The notes beneath the pieces were generated by a model, which was not told the origin of the DNA, made no database searches, and saw only the letters and a list, made by a program, of their open reading frames with translations. A stretch of DNA of 64,000 nt from Methanobacteriota archaeon (GTDB lineage Archaea; Thermoplasmatota; Thermoplasmata; RBG-16-68-12), in contig VBMG01000046.1 of assembly GCA_005878485.1 (NCBI GenBank), positions 18 to 64,017 of the forward strand. The letters run 5' to 3'. A program made the translations under genes and the position numbers. Shown here piece by piece: positions 36,340 through 45,924 of the stretch (positions are counted from its first letter, which is position 1; each line of letters starts with the position of its first letter).

Positions 36340-38472
36340 CTAGTGGACGCGCGTCCCCTCTTTCATTCCCTTGTCGACGGTGAGCGGGACGCCATCCACC
36401 AGAAGGGTCAGGCGTGTTTCGCCGTCCCGACCAAGAAAGAGGACGGTGCCCCCGGAGCCCACTTGGAGTTTGTATCTCTCGAACTCCGAGAACGGCAGGA
36501 CGCGCGCGCCTTTCGTGCCGAGAATCTGGTCGCCCACCTCCGCGTCTTCGGGAGGGAGCACGAGGCCGACGTCCTTCGGGTCCTCGCCCGCGAGCAGCAT
36601 GCCGCGGCTCTCGACGCCGCGCAGCTTGGCGGGTTCCAAGTTTGCGAGGACCGCGATTTTCCGCCCTCGGAGCTGCTCGGCGGAGTAGTTCTTCCGGATC
36701 CCCGCGACGATCTGCCGGTGCTCTCCGCCGAGATCGATCTGGAGGACGTACAAATTGTCCGCGTTCGGATGTTCCTGGACGTCGACGATTCGAGCGACGC
36801 GAACGTCGAAGCGGTCCATCGGGGCGTCTTCCGCCTCGAGCTCGATTTTCGTGAACAGCGGCTTGCCCACGTGAAGTTCCTGGCCGTCCGGCACATCCTC
36901 GAGGACACCCTCCCACTTCTGCGCGTGCACGTCGGAGTCGTAACCGAGGGCATGCCACAGCCGCGAGGAGCTGAAAGGCAGGAACGGCGCCATGATGAGG
37001 GCGAGGGAGCGGCACACCCGCAAGGCGACGTGCAGCGCGGTCCCGCACGCCGCACGATCCTTCTTGATCAAATCCCACGGCGCCTTCTGATCAAAGTATT
37101 GATTGCCCAAACGGGCGAGCTGGACCGCCTCCTTCATCGCATCTTTCAGGTGGACATACTCCAAGTTCTGTCCGACCTTCTTCCACTGCTGTTCGATTGC
37201 GCGGACCATCGACTTGTCCGCCGCGTCGAGGAAGCCTGCGGGCGGTATCGCATGATTGAAGTTCTTGTCCGCGAACGTGAGGGCGCGATGTGCGAAGTTC
37301 CCGTATACCGCAAGGAGCTCGCTGTTGTTCCGCTGGGCGAAGTCCGCCCACTCGAAGTCCGTGTCCTTGGTCTCCGGCATCGTCGCGACCCCGTAGTACC
37401 GGAGCTGGTCCGGGTCGAACCGGTCGAGGAGATCGGGCAGCCACACGCCCCGTCCTCGGCCCGCGCTCATCCGCTCCCCCGAGATGTTCAGATACTGGGT
37501 CGCCGGGACATCGTACGGTAGGTCGAGCCCCTCGTCGTACGCAAGGAGGTAAGCGGGCCAGATAATCGTGTGGAAGACGATGTTGTCTTTCCCGATGAAG
37601 TAGTAGTGCCGGGCCTCCGGATCGTACCAGAAGTCCTTCCATCCGTCGGGTCGACCGTGGCGGCGGTACCACTCCCGCGTCGCGGTGAGGTATCCCATCA
37701 CGGCCTCGAACCAGACATAGATCCGCTTCGATTCGTACCCGGGGACCGGCACCTCGATGCCCCAGTCGAGGTCCCGCGTGATCGGCCGATCCTTCAGGCC
37801 CTCCCGGAGCCAGCTTCGCATGAACGTGAGGACGTGGTGCCGCCAGTGCTCCTTGTCCTTCGAGGCCCATTTCGTGAGGGGCTTCTGGAACGCGCTGAGT
37901 CGGAAGAAGAAGTGCTTCGTCTCCTTGGGGATCGGCGTCGTGCCGTGAATCTGGCACTTCGGGTCCTTCAGCTCGAACGGATCGAGGAGCCTCCCGCAGT
38001 TCTCGCACTGGTCGCCGCGGGCGCGCGGGAACCCGCAGTGGGGGCAGGTCCCTTCCACGTACCGGTCCGGCAGGAACCGCTGGTCCGTCGTGCAGAACGG
38101 GGAGGTCATCGACGCCTCGTAGACGTGGCCTTTCGCTTTGAGCGCGAGAAAGATCTCTTGCACCCACTGTTTGTGATGCGAATCGGCGGTGTTCCAGTAG
38201 AGGTCATATTGCACGCCGAGCTGCGCGATGTTCTTCTCGTGGAGCGCGTGGTACCGTTCCGCGATCGCGCTCGGCGGGAGGCCCTCCCGATCCGCGCGGA
38301 CCGTCACCGGCGTGCCGTGCATGTCGCTGCCGCCGACCATGAGGACCTCGTCCCCTTTCATCCGGTGGTACCGGGCGAAGACGTCCGCAGGGATGAACGT
38401 CGAGACCGCGTGACCGAGGTGCCGAGGGCCCGCCGCGTACGGCCACGCCACGCACACGAGGATCTTCGTCAT
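36340..38472 (-). CDS. metG: methionyl-tRNA synthetase with C-terminal EMAP/Trbp111-like tRNA-binding domain
   Basis: HLGH class-I motif (AGPRHLGHAVSTF), KMSKS region, zinc knuckle CPHCG...CENCG, C-terminal OB-fold tRNA-binding domain. Confidence 0.95.
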   Translation of the reverse strand: MTKILVCVAWPYAAGPRHLGHAVSTFIPADVFARYHRMKGDEVLMVGGSDMHGTPVTVRADREGLPPSAIAERYHALHEKNIAQLGVQYDLYWNTADSHHKQWVQEIFLALKAKGHVYEASMTSPFCTTDQRFLPDRYVEGTCPHCGFPRARGDQCENCGRLLDPFELKDPKCQIHGTTPIPKETKHFFFRLSAFQKPLTKWASKDKEHWRHHVLTFMRSWLREGLKDRPITRDLDWGIEVPVPGYESKRIYVWFEAVMGYLTATREWYRRHGRPDGWKDFWYDPEARHYYFIGKDNIVFHTIIWPAYLLAYDEGLDLPYDVPATQYLNISGERMSAGRGRGVWLPDLLDRFDPDQLRYYGVATMPETKDTDFEWADFAQRNNSELLAVYGNFAHRALTFADKNFNHAIPPAGFLDAADKSMVRAIEQQWKKVGQNLEYVHLKDAMKEAVQLARLGNQYFDQKAPWDLIKKDRAACGTALHVALRVCRSLALIMAPFLPFSSSRLWHALGYDSDVHAQKWEGVLEDVPDGQELHVGKPLFTKIELEAEDAPMDRFDVRVARIVDVQEHPNADNLYVLQIDLGGEHRQIVAGIRKNYSAEQLRGRKIAVLANLEPAKLRGVESRGMLLAGEDPKDVGLVLPPEDAEVGDQILGTKGARVLPFSEFERYKLQVGSGGTVLFLGRDGETRLTLLVDGVPLTVDKGMKEGTRVH

Positions 38473-38590
38473 CCGCGCGCCAGAAGAAGGGGGCCTCCCT
38501 TAAAGAATTCGGGATGCCGTCGGACCCCTGAAGGCGGTGCGCGAACTCGGCCTTGATAATCACGCTCAATACTTTTTGACCAAGGTTGTG

Positions 38591-39256
38591 ATGAGCCGAA
38601 AACCACCATCCGGTGCCGCGCAGTTGGAGCGGAGTCGAACGATGATCCAGCGCAGTACGCATCACGAGCTGAACTCGCGGCGCGAGATCGACAAGTTGAT
38701 GGCGAAGCTGGGTACGATGCCGCAGATTCTCTGCTGGAATTGCCACAAGCTCACTCCGTTCGAGCTAGACCGATGCCAACATTGCAGTTCCGCGTTTGCG
38801 GGCAGCACGGGCGGCGCCTACAGCTCCGGCCGAGTCCCAGCGCCCCGGAGTGTGTCGGCTGGGAAGCCCGGTCGGGCGCGTCCGAAACGGACCCTCGCCG
38901 AGATCGTCGACGATCTCCAACAGGTGGACGAACAGCCGACGTTCACCCGAGGACGGCCGCGGGAGAAGGAGCTGTCCGTCCGCCTCTATCAGTGTCCGTC
39001 GTGTGGTCGATTCGTTTCCGAGCAGGCGAGCGAATGCGCTTGCGGCGCCGGCTTCGCCCCAATCTCGGAGGTGACGTTCGCGTGCCCGCAGTGCGCATCG
39101 CGCGTGCCTTCCGATGTGGACGCCTGCCCCGTGTGCAGCGTCGAATTCGAGCCCTGGAGCGGATCGGGCGGATACGCCTACGCGTGTCCCCGCTGCGGAT
39201 CGCATGTCGCGTCGGATGCGATCCGCTGTTCGTGCGGCGTCTGGTTCGAAGACTGA
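38591..39256 (+). CDS. multi zinc-ribbon protein (four CxxC...CxxC modules), hypothetical
   Basis: Four CxxC...CxxC pairs (CWNC...CQHC; CPSC...CAC; CPQC...CPVC; CPRC...CSC). Start set at MSRKPPSG, leaderless relative to TATA-like atacttttt. Confidence 0.6.
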   Translation: MSRKPPSGAAQLERSRTMIQRSTHHELNSRREIDKLMAKLGTMPQILCWNCHKLTPFELDRCQHCSSAFAGSTGGAYSSGRVPAPRSVSAGKPGRARPKRTLAEIVDDLQQVDEQPTFTRGRPREKELSVRLYQCPSCGRFVSEQASECACGAGFAPISEVTFACPQCASRVPSDVDACPVCSVEFEPWSGSGGYAYACPRCGSHVASDAIRCSCGVWFED

Positions 39257-39365
39257 TTTCCCCTCCAGTTATCAGGGCCGAGAACTGTCCAACAACCGCT
39301 TTATCGTTCGACTGCGTCGTTCTTTCCGTTGACGGGCCCACCCGTCGAAAGGACCCCAGCCCACG

Positions 39366-39656
39366 ATGAAACCGAAACGCCCACGGATGTCGGGCCGGAA
39401 GACGTACTACCTCGTCCTCTGGTGGATGTCCCAGACTCCGTATGCGGCAATCTTCGAGAACCAAGTGGCCGCGGAGGCCGCGGCGAACGTCCGCAATGCG
39501 CTCATGGTGACGATCTCGGGCCGGGATGTGAAAGTGGACCAAGTGCTCGACTGGTACCGCCGCGACGAATCCGGCGCCCCGATGCCGGCCGAATGGCGGG
39601 ATCTCGTCGGGCAAATTCACGTTCCCTGGCTCGCGAAGCCGAAGCCCGCGCTTTGA
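39366..39656 (+). CDS. hypothetical small protein (96 aa)
   Basis: Non-repetitive composition (MSGRKTYYLVLWWMSQTPYAAIFENQVAAEAAANVRNALMVTISGRDVKV...); no recognisable motif. Confidence 0.4.
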   Translation: MKPKRPRMSGRKTYYLVLWWMSQTPYAAIFENQVAAEAAANVRNALMVTISGRDVKVDQVLDWYRRDESGAPMPAEWRDLVGQIHVPWLAKPKPAL

Positions 39657-39777
39657 TGCGCGAGCGCCGGCCGGACACCTTGGGCGGCGACGAGCGTTGC
39701 TTCCGGGTGCCTCTCCCGCTCTGTATCAATTCGGATAGGGGAACGCAAACGACTATAGCTCCAGACCACAGGAGCGG

Positions 39778-40242
39778 ATGGGAGGGATCATGGCCCCGTC
39801 GCAAGGCCTCGTCGCCGAGTGCCCGACATGCCAGGCCACCGTCCCGGCCGACGCGACGGAATGCCCGCAATGCGGAGAGCAGTTCGAGTCGGAGGTCCCT
39901 CCGAGAGGGACTTCGGGCAGCGCAATCGGGGTTGTTGAAGACTCAGAGGACGAGGGGACGCGGGAGAAGTCGGGCCGCCGCGAGAAATTCCTCTTCTATA
40001 CCGGAATCGCCCTGATCGTGTTCGGTGGTCCGGGGATCGCGCTGGGCTCGTGGCTCCACGACGTGCTGCGGATCCCGGTCGAGCAGTACACCGCCTTCGA
40101 CACGTTCGGCGCGTTCAACCGGCTCGTCACCGCGGTCGGGCTCATCGTCCTCATCGTGGGTATCGTCTGTCTGATCCTCAGCTTGCGGTTGTCCCGGCCC
40201 ACGGATGTCGAGAAGGACCTCAGCGCCCTCCGTGAGTCGTGA
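39778..40242 (+). CDS. zinc-ribbon membrane protein (N-terminal CxxC...CxxC, two C-terminal TM helices)
   Basis: CPTCQ...CPQCGE followed by TM helices FLFYTGIALIVFGGPGIALG and LVTAVGLIVLIVGIVCLILSL. Confidence 0.55.
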   Translation: MGGIMAPSQGLVAECPTCQATVPADATECPQCGEQFESEVPPRGTSGSAIGVVEDSEDEGTREKSGRREKFLFYTGIALIVFGGPGIALGSWLHDVLRIPVEQYTAFDTFGAFNRLVTAVGLIVLIVGIVCLILSLRLSRPTDVEKDLSALRES

Positions 40243-40342
40243 GTGGTCCGCGGATTTTCGTGGCCCCACCCCTATATCATTAAATACCGTGCAACGGATG
40301 CGAAACGTGTCGGCGGCAGGGGGCCGCCGCATGGAGTGATGG

Positions 40343-40564
40343 ATGTCGTATTCGGGGTCTGGCTTCCGACCTCCCAACGTTCCGGTGGAGGAAGGGAAGG
40401 TCTACGAGGCCAAGATCGAGGATATCGGAAGGGAAGGCGATGGACTCGCGCGGATCGCGAACTTCGTGGTCTTCGTCCCGGGGACGAAGATCGGGGACGA
40501 GGTCAAGATCAAGATCACGAAGGTCCACCGGCGCATGGCGTTCGGCGAAGTCGTCCGCGAATGA
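40343..40564 (+). CDS. TRAM-domain protein
   Basis: EEGKVYEAKIEDIGREGDGLARIANFVVFVPGTKIGDEVKIKITKV is the standalone archaeal TRAM pattern. TATA-like cctatatcattaaata about 65 nt upstream. Confidence 0.75.
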   Translation: MSYSGSGFRPPNVPVEEGKVYEAKIEDIGREGDGLARIANFVVFVPGTKIGDEVKIKITKVHRRMAFGEVVRE

Positions 40565-40660
40565 TGTCGCGCCGGTGCGGGGGAGGCAGGCGAGGCCGAG
40601 CGGGCAGCCCGTAGCGGGATGTCGGCCCCAGCTTCGAAAAGCGTAAAATAAGCTCCTTAT

Positions 40661-41767
40661 ATGTTCCCGGCCCCATCGAGTCCCGAGGACGGTTCCGTGC
40701 TCCGTTCCCGACCCCTTCTCGTCGCCTTCGCCGCCTCCGCATCTCTCGCGCTGGTCCTGGCGTCCTCCGTGGCCGTCGCGCAGTCCGGAGACTCGGATCG
40801 AGACGGCGTCCCGGACGACATCGAGAACGCGACGCAGCGAAACGTCGTCGCCGTTGCCGCGGGGGACGAATTCAACATTTCGAGCCGGCTCGCGAGCGCC
40901 CCGTACGAGGACCAGTTCGAGGTGTTCTACAAAGCGGGAAATTTCAGCGTGATCTACGAACGGGCCGGCGGCGGTGAGAGTTCTTACAATCTCGAGTTCC
41001 GAAATCTCATCGAGTGGGTGGACATGAACGGCAACCGCAGCATCGAGCCGAGCGAAATCGTCAACGTGACGCCGCTGGGGGCCGCGGCCTTTGGCGGTGT
41101 GCCGGTCACGAAGATGCGGATGGACAACGCCGACGGCGGGGTCGTGAACGTCTTCCTTGTCCGTAGCCGGTCCGGAGACGTGCGGCTGAACGTCACGGTC
41201 GCGGAACGATTCATGCGAGTCGGCAGCCGGGTCCTGACGCCGATGGAAGTCAAGCTGGATCTCACGGTCAACCGCGTCTTTGTCGCGACGAACGCAAACC
41301 TGGGCCTCGACCTGGGAATCGACACGGGTGACCGCTGGGCATACGCGGACCGCAGTTGGGACGACCTAAACGGGTTCGCGCCGGACGATGCCGCGATCAG
41401 CGTCACCGGGAGATCGGCGAACAGTCCGGCCCGCATGTTCTTCTCGTGGTCCAAATCCGCATTCGCGGACGGTCGCCAAATCCCCGTGACGTTCTCGAGC
41501 GCCGCGGACGGGAACCCGAACCGGTCCGAATTGTATCTGGCGTACCCGATGGGGGCAAGCCAGCCGTCGGTCAAGCTCGTCCACGACCCGGTCCTCGGCG
41601 TCGACAGCGCGGCCTATGAAGGTATCATCAGCCGTCAGCCCCCGCTGCAGGGCGACGCCCTGGTGTACGGCGTATCCCTTGCGGCGATGGCCGTCCTCAT
41701 CGCGGGGACCATCGTCTTCGCAAATCGCCGCCGCAAGAAGCGCGAAGAATTGGGCCGCAATCCTTAA
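40661..41767 (+). CDS. secreted, C-terminally anchored surface protein (hypothetical)
   Basis: Signal peptide (LRSRPLLVAFAASASLALVLASSVAVAQS), Asp-rich DRDGVPDD, many N-x-S/T sequons, C-terminal TM plus RRRKKRE. True start may be the GTG giving MLRSRP. Confidence 0.65.
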   Translation: MFPAPSSPEDGSVLRSRPLLVAFAASASLALVLASSVAVAQSGDSDRDGVPDDIENATQRNVVAVAAGDEFNISSRLASAPYEDQFEVFYKAGNFSVIYERAGGGESSYNLEFRNLIEWVDMNGNRSIEPSEIVNVTPLGAAAFGGVPVTKMRMDNADGGVVNVFLVRSRSGDVRLNVTVAERFMRVGSRVLTPMEVKLDLTVNRVFVATNANLGLDLGIDTGDRWAYADRSWDDLNGFAPDDAAISVTGRSANSPARMFFSWSKSAFADGRQIPVTFSSAADGNPNRSELYLAYPMGASQPSVKLVHDPVLGVDSAAYEGIISRQPPLQGDALVYGVSLAAMAVLIAGTIVFANRRRKKREELGRNP

Positions 41768-41791
41768 TGGCCTTTTCCTTTACAGGGCACG

Positions 41792-42067
41792 GTGGTCTCC
41801 ATGGTGGCCATCGAGAACGTGCTCTTGGCAGCCGTGTCGGTTTTCGCTCTCGCGCTCACGGTCATCGGGGTGATCGCGGTCCGGAGGACGAGGGACGTCC
41901 ATCTCGCGTTCCTCGCCGCCGCCTTCGCGGTCTTCTTCGTGAAAGGCCTGGTCCTGACGATCTTGCTCTTCATGGGCTCGATCGACCTCCGGCCCCTTTT
42001 CTTGGTGTCCGGGTCCCTTGACATCGTGATCCTGGCGTTGTTCTACGGGTTCACGCTGCGGCGCTGA
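41792..42067 (+). CDS. small membrane protein (three predicted TM helices), hypothetical
   Basis: 91 aa, strongly hydrophobic. The gene start shares the 14-nt string cGTGGTCTCCATGG with the next gene. Confidence 0.45.
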   Translation: MVSMVAIENVLLAAVSVFALALTVIGVIAVRRTRDVHLAFLAAAFAVFFVKGLVLTILLFMGSIDLRPLFLVSGSLDIVILALFYGFTLRR

Positions 42068-42074
42068 GCGCTGC

Positions 42075-42632
42075 GTGGTCTCCATGGACAAGGAGATCCT
42101 CGCGGTCAAGACCCGGAAGGACCTGTACGACTTCGTCCGCAAGAATCCGGGCTTTCATTTGCGGGAGCTGTCCCGCGCTCTCGACCTCTCGATCACCCTC
42201 GCGGACTACCATCTTCGGTTCCTCGAGAGACACGAGCTGATCACCTCCGCGATGGACGGAGAGTACAAGCGGTTCTTCCCCCGGTCCCGCCCGGGCCAGG
42301 AGGAGGTCCGCGCCGCCCTCACGGACGTGGAAAAGCGGATCCTGGCCTTCCTGCGACAGCCGGTCCCGCTCCGGGTGATCAATTTCCTGATGGAGCGGGA
42401 AGCCGCGACCCACAAGGAGATCCTCGAGCAGGTGCCGGTTTCGCCGTCGACGCTGTCCCACCATCTGAAGAAGATGGAGACCGCGGGGCTCATCGATCGT
42501 GCGGAGCCGCGCGAGCGCGGCTACCGCGTGCGGGACCCAAAGGCCGTCGCCCGCCTCATGACGACCTACGAGCTGGCGACGCCAGACCAGGTCGACACGT
42601 TCATCCGCGTCTGGGGCGAGTTCCGCCTCTGA
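42075..42632 (+). CDS. winged-helix transcriptional regulator (two wHTH domains, ArsR/TrmB-like)
   Basis: LYDFVRKNPGFHLRELSRALDLSITLADYHLRFLERHELITS and ILAFLRQPVPLRVINFLMEREAATHKEILEQVPVSPSTLSHHLKKMETAGLI. Confidence 0.7.
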   Translation: MVSMDKEILAVKTRKDLYDFVRKNPGFHLRELSRALDLSITLADYHLRFLERHELITSAMDGEYKRFFPRSRPGQEEVRAALTDVEKRILAFLRQPVPLRVINFLMEREAATHKEILEQVPVSPSTLSHHLKKMETAGLIDRAEPRERGYRVRDPKAVARLMTTYELATPDQVDTFIRVWGEFRL

Positions 42633-42638
42633 CCCCGA

Positions 42639-43136
42639 TTAGAGGATCCTCACGAGTTCCGTCGCGACCCATTCGAGGAAGTCTTTGTCCGTCGGCGTGA
42701 AGGAGTTCGCCTGATCCGAATCGATGTCGATTTCCGCAATCGCGGCGCCGTCGCGCAGGATCGGGACGACGATTTCTGCGCGGGTGTTGATGAAACATTG
42801 CAGGTACCGCGGGTCGTCGTTCACGTCGGGCACGACGATCGTCGCCTTTTCCGTCACCGCGGCTCCGCAAATCCCTTGGCCCACCGGAATCCGCGTATGC
42901 AGGGTCGCGGAGGGCCCCGACCATGAGGCGAGGACGAGTTCCGATCCGTCGACCGCGTAGATTCCGACCCATGTGAAGTGGGGGATTTTCCGGAGCTCCC
43001 GACACACGAAGTCGGTGATCGGCTTTCGCTGACTACCCGAGTGGATGATCTTCTCCAGGCGGGCGGCGACCTCGTCGTAACTGACCTTCCCCTTTTCGCC
43101 GGCCATCACCTCGCCGAACTTGCCGACGCCCTTCAT
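42639..43136 (-). CDS. GAF-domain protein, free methionine-(R)-sulfoxide reductase (fRMsr/MsrC)-like
   Basis: WVGIY...VPVGQGICGAAV...PDVNDDPRYLQCF...AEIVVPI...AEIDIDS matches the fRMsr GAF subfamily. Confidence 0.75.
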   Translation of the reverse strand: MKGVGKFGEVMAGEKGKVSYDEVAARLEKIIHSGSQRKPITDFVCRELRKIPHFTWVGIYAVDGSELVLASWSGPSATLHTRIPVGQGICGAAVTEKATIVVPDVNDDPRYLQCFINTRAEIVVPILRDGAAIAEIDIDSDQANSFTPTDKDFLEWVATELVRIL

Positions 43137-43292
43137 CGTCGCATGCCGCGCGTCGAACGGTCGCGCCCGCCATAAGCCTTCCGGAATGCAGCCACGGATC
43201 GCGCCCTGCGTGTGCGGCCCTTGCGCGAACTCTCTGCGGAAGCGCCGCGGTGGGTTCCGCTCCGAGCATTGTCCGAAGGAAATGGTGAAACC

Positions 43293-43301
43293 TTCATATA
43301 T
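43293..43301 (+). promoter_or_regulatory. TATA-like box (ttcatatat) about 25 nt upstream of sRNA-like element A
   Basis: AT-rich box preceded by purine-rich gtgaaacc; spacing to the start of the 29-nt repeat fits an archaeal TATA-to-TSS distance. Confidence 0.35.
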
Positions 43302-43320
43302 CGCACGCTTCTAGCTAGGA

Positions 43321-43392
43321 TTACAAGCATCCCTCCACAACGAGGCCGTTCCTGCTTTGTTGATACGACGAACGGCCTTGCCCCTTTTTCTT
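43321..43392 (+). ncRNA. candidate small RNA A: conserved 29-nt core + 8-bp hairpin + oligo-T
   Basis: ACAAGCAUCCCUCCACAACGAGGCCGUUC core (43323-43351). Hairpin GGCCGTTC(18-nt loop)GAACGGCC (43344-43377), then CCCCTTTTTCTT. No ORF. Confidence 0.3.
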
Positions 43393-43443
43393 GCGGTTAA
43401 TCATGCGGGTTGACCCCCTACCGCGCGACCTTGTCGAAAAGCG

Positions 43444-43451
43444 TTTAATAG
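43444..43451 (+). promoter_or_regulatory. TATA-like box (gtttaata) about 27 nt upstream of sRNA-like element B
   Basis: Same spacing to the second copy of the 29-nt core as for element A. Confidence 0.35.
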
Positions 43452-43474
43452 AGTCGAGTGTTCCCGGTTTGCTT

Positions 43475-43532
43475 AGACAAGCATCCCTCCACAACGAGGC
43501 CGTTCAGGATTCCTGGACGGCCCTTTATTTTG
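43475..43532 (+). ncRNA. candidate small RNA B: identical 29-nt core + 12-bp hairpin + oligo-T
   Basis: Core 43477-43505 is 29/29 identical to copy A. Hairpin GGCCGTTCAGGA-T-TCCTGGACGGCC (43498-43522), then CTTTATTTT. Confidence 0.3.
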
Positions 43533-43655
43533 GTTTCAAACATGGTTCGGAAACCTTTCTCGCCGATCGGTTCCACCGCGTCGAATCGCGTCATGTGAGC
43601 ATCGAATTCGGTCTCACTCCGCCTCGCGGGTCGTCGCCCAGACGCAGGGACTCTG

Positions 43656-44297
43656 CTAGGCCATCGGCGGGAATCTAATCCCGCGTGAATCGATTCCCAC
43701 CTTGCGACCGTCGACCGTGAGGCGGGCCTCCGCGAACAGCCGAACCGCGAGCGGGAGAAAGATGTGTTCTTGTTCCAAGATGCGCGCGGCCAACGCCTCC
43801 TCCGTGTCACCCTCGTGGACCGGGACCGCCTTCTGGAGGATGATGGGGCCTCCGTCCACGGAGGCGTCGACGAAGTGGATTGTGCAGCCCGAGACCTTCA
43901 CGCCGGCGGCGAGTGCGTCCCGCTGGGCGTGGGCCCCGGGGAATGCGGGGAGCAACGATGGGTGGATGTTGATGATGCGGTTGGGAAACTCGCTCACGAA
44001 ATACGGCGAGACGAGACGCATGAAGCCCGCGAAGACCACCAGGTCGACGCGTTTGTCCTTGAGGACCTTCACGACCTCTCGCTCAAACCCCTCGCGATTT
44101 GCCCCAAACGTGCGATGATCGACGACGACCGTGGAAACGCCTGCGGTCTTCGCCCGTGCGAGCACGGGGGCCCCGGGGACATTGCAAACGAGGACCGCGA
44201 GGTCGACGTCGAGCTCCCCGCGCTTCCGCGCGTCGACGAGGCTCTGGAAGTCCGTTCCCCTCCCGGAGGCGAGCACCCCGACTCGGATTCGGGCCAT
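43656..44297 (-). CDS. purN: phosphoribosylglycinamide formyltransferase
   Basis: [20 protein letters not shown]...formyl-transferase motifs ([16 protein letters not shown]). Confidence 0.9.
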   Translation of the reverse strand: MARIRVGVLASGRGTDFQSLVDARKRGELDVDLAVLVCNVPGAPVLARAKTAGVSTVVVDHRTFGANREGFEREVVKVLKDKRVDLVVFAGFMRLVSPYFVSEFPNRIINIHPSLLPAFPGAHAQRDALAAGVKVSGCTIHFVDASVDGGPIILQKAVPVHEGDTEEALAARILEQEHIFLPLAVRLFAEARLTVDGRKVGIDSRGIRFPPMA

Positions 44298-44306
44298 CGT
44301 GGTCCC

Positions 44307-45842
44307 TCAATGTTTGAACAAACGGATCCCGGTAAAGACCATCGCGATTCCATGCGCGTCTGCCGCCGCGATCACCTCGTCGTCGCGGATCGACCCGCCC
44401 GGCTGGGCCACGACCGCGACGCCGCCTTTCGCGAGTTCGTCGATACCGTCCCGGAACGGGAAGTACGCGTCGCTGACCGCCACGCTCCCACCCGCCGCGC
44501 CTTTCGCTTTGTAGCATGCGAGCATGCACGCGTCCACGCGGCTCATCTGCCCCGCGCCGATGCCGACCGTCCGATCCCCCTTCACGAGGACGATCGAGTT
44601 CGACTTCACGTACCGACTCACGACGATTCCGAAGGAGATGTCGCCCAGCTGGGCGGGGCTGGGAGAGGCCTTCGTCACAACCTTGAACGCCTCAGGCTTC
44701 GGCTCCGGAAATTCCGTCGTCTGCAGGAGGATGCCGCCCAAGACCCGAACCATGTCGACGCCATGATCCTTTCGAAACGGTCCGCGGGTCTGGAGGATGA
44801 GGAAGGACCCTTTCTTCTTCGCCTTGAGGATTTCGAGGGCTTGCGGCTCGTATCCCGGAGCGATCACCGCATCGAGGACGTCGCCTTTGATCGCCTTCGC
44901 CGTCGCAAGGTCGACCGAGCGGTTCAGGCCCACCACGCCGCCGTACGCCGAAACCGGGTCGGCGGCGTGAGCCGCCTCGTATGCCTCAACGAGAGTCGTC
45001 GCAAGGGCGACCCCGGAGGGGTTCGTATGTTTGATCACGACCGCCGCGGGCCGCTCGAATTCCGTCGCGATCCGGAGGGCCGCATCGAGGTCGATCAAGT
45101 TGTTGTAGGAGAGCTCCTTCCCTTGCAGCTTGTCCGCGGTCGCCGTCGCGGCCGACGGGAACGGCTCCCGGTAGAGCGCTGCCTTTTGATACGGGTTCTC
45201 CCCGTAGCGGAGGTCCGCAATCTTGTCATCCGCGATCCGGAGTGCCGGCGGGAGGACGTACCCTTGACGCCGGGCAAGGAAATTGAAGATCGCGGCATCG
45301 TATCGGGACGTGTACCCGAACGCCTCGAGCGCGAGTTCGTTCCGGAGCTTCTCGGGTATCGTCTTCTGTTGCCGCAGCGTGCGTAGGACTTCGGAGTACC
45401 GCGCGGGTCGGACGACGACGCCGACGCGGTTCGCATTTTTTGCCGCTGCGCGGATGAGCGAGACGCCACCGATATCGATGTTCTCGATGGCCTCCTCGAA
45501 CCCGACGTTCGGTTTCGCAACCGTCTCCTCGAACGGATACAGGTTTGCCACGACGAGGTCGATGGCCACCGCTCCGAGATCCTCAAGGTCCTTCTCATCC
45601 CCGCGGGGCGCAAGGATTCCCGCGAAGATTCGTGGATGGAGCGTCTTCACCCGTCCGCCCAATCCCTCTCGGAGGCCCGTATAGTCCGCGACCGTCGTCA
45701 CGGGGAGACCCGCCTCCTTCAGCGTCTTCGCGGTCCCGTCCGTGCCAATCAGCTCAAAACCGAGATCTCGTAGGCCCCGCGCAAACTCGACAAGGCCCTC
45801 CTTATCCGAGACGCTGAGGAGCGCCCGCCGGGGGGAAACCAT
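44307..45842 (-). CDS. purH: bifunctional AICAR transformylase / IMP cyclohydrolase
   Basis: MGS-like N-terminal domain ([19 protein letters not shown]) and AICARFT domain. Start at MVSPRR; the ORF could extend 11 codons to a TTG. Confidence 0.9.
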   Translation of the reverse strand: MVSPRRALLSVSDKEGLVEFARGLRDLGFELIGTDGTAKTLKEAGLPVTTVADYTGLREGLGGRVKTLHPRIFAGILAPRGDEKDLEDLGAVAIDLVVANLYPFEETVAKPNVGFEEAIENIDIGGVSLIRAAAKNANRVGVVVRPARYSEVLRTLRQQKTIPEKLRNELALEAFGYTSRYDAAIFNFLARRQGYVLPPALRIADDKIADLRYGENPYQKAALYREPFPSAATATADKLQGKELSYNNLIDLDAALRIATEFERPAAVVIKHTNPSGVALATTLVEAYEAAHAADPVSAYGGVVGLNRSVDLATAKAIKGDVLDAVIAPGYEPQALEILKAKKKGSFLILQTRGPFRKDHGVDMVRVLGGILLQTTEFPEPKPEAFKVVTKASPSPAQLGDISFGIVVSRYVKSNSIVLVKGDRTVGIGAGQMSRVDACMLACYKAKGAAGGSVAVSDAYFPFRDGIDELAKGGVAVVAQPGGSIRDDEVIAAADAHGIAMVFTGIRLFKH

Positions 45843-45924
45843 CCCTATTACCGAGTCGGAATGGGGAGAACCCAATTAAGGTTTCGGTGGACCGCCGAAC
45901 TCGTCGGGGCCAAGAGTCGTCGCG

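Noticed and set aside
35839-37521. 560-aa + strand ORF and 393-aa - strand ORF (35897-37078) overlapping the metG region
   Set aside because: Both are Arg/Pro/Gly-rich with no motifs. They are shadow frames of the metG coding strand, typical of about 65% GC DNA. The metG frame (36340-38472, minus) has all class-I aaRS motifs.
40555-40660. aATGATGt resembling a C box downstream of the TRAM gene (possible C/D box sRNA)
   Set aside because: No D box (CUGA) or C'/D' elements at appropriate spacing. The string overlaps the TRAM stop codon context.
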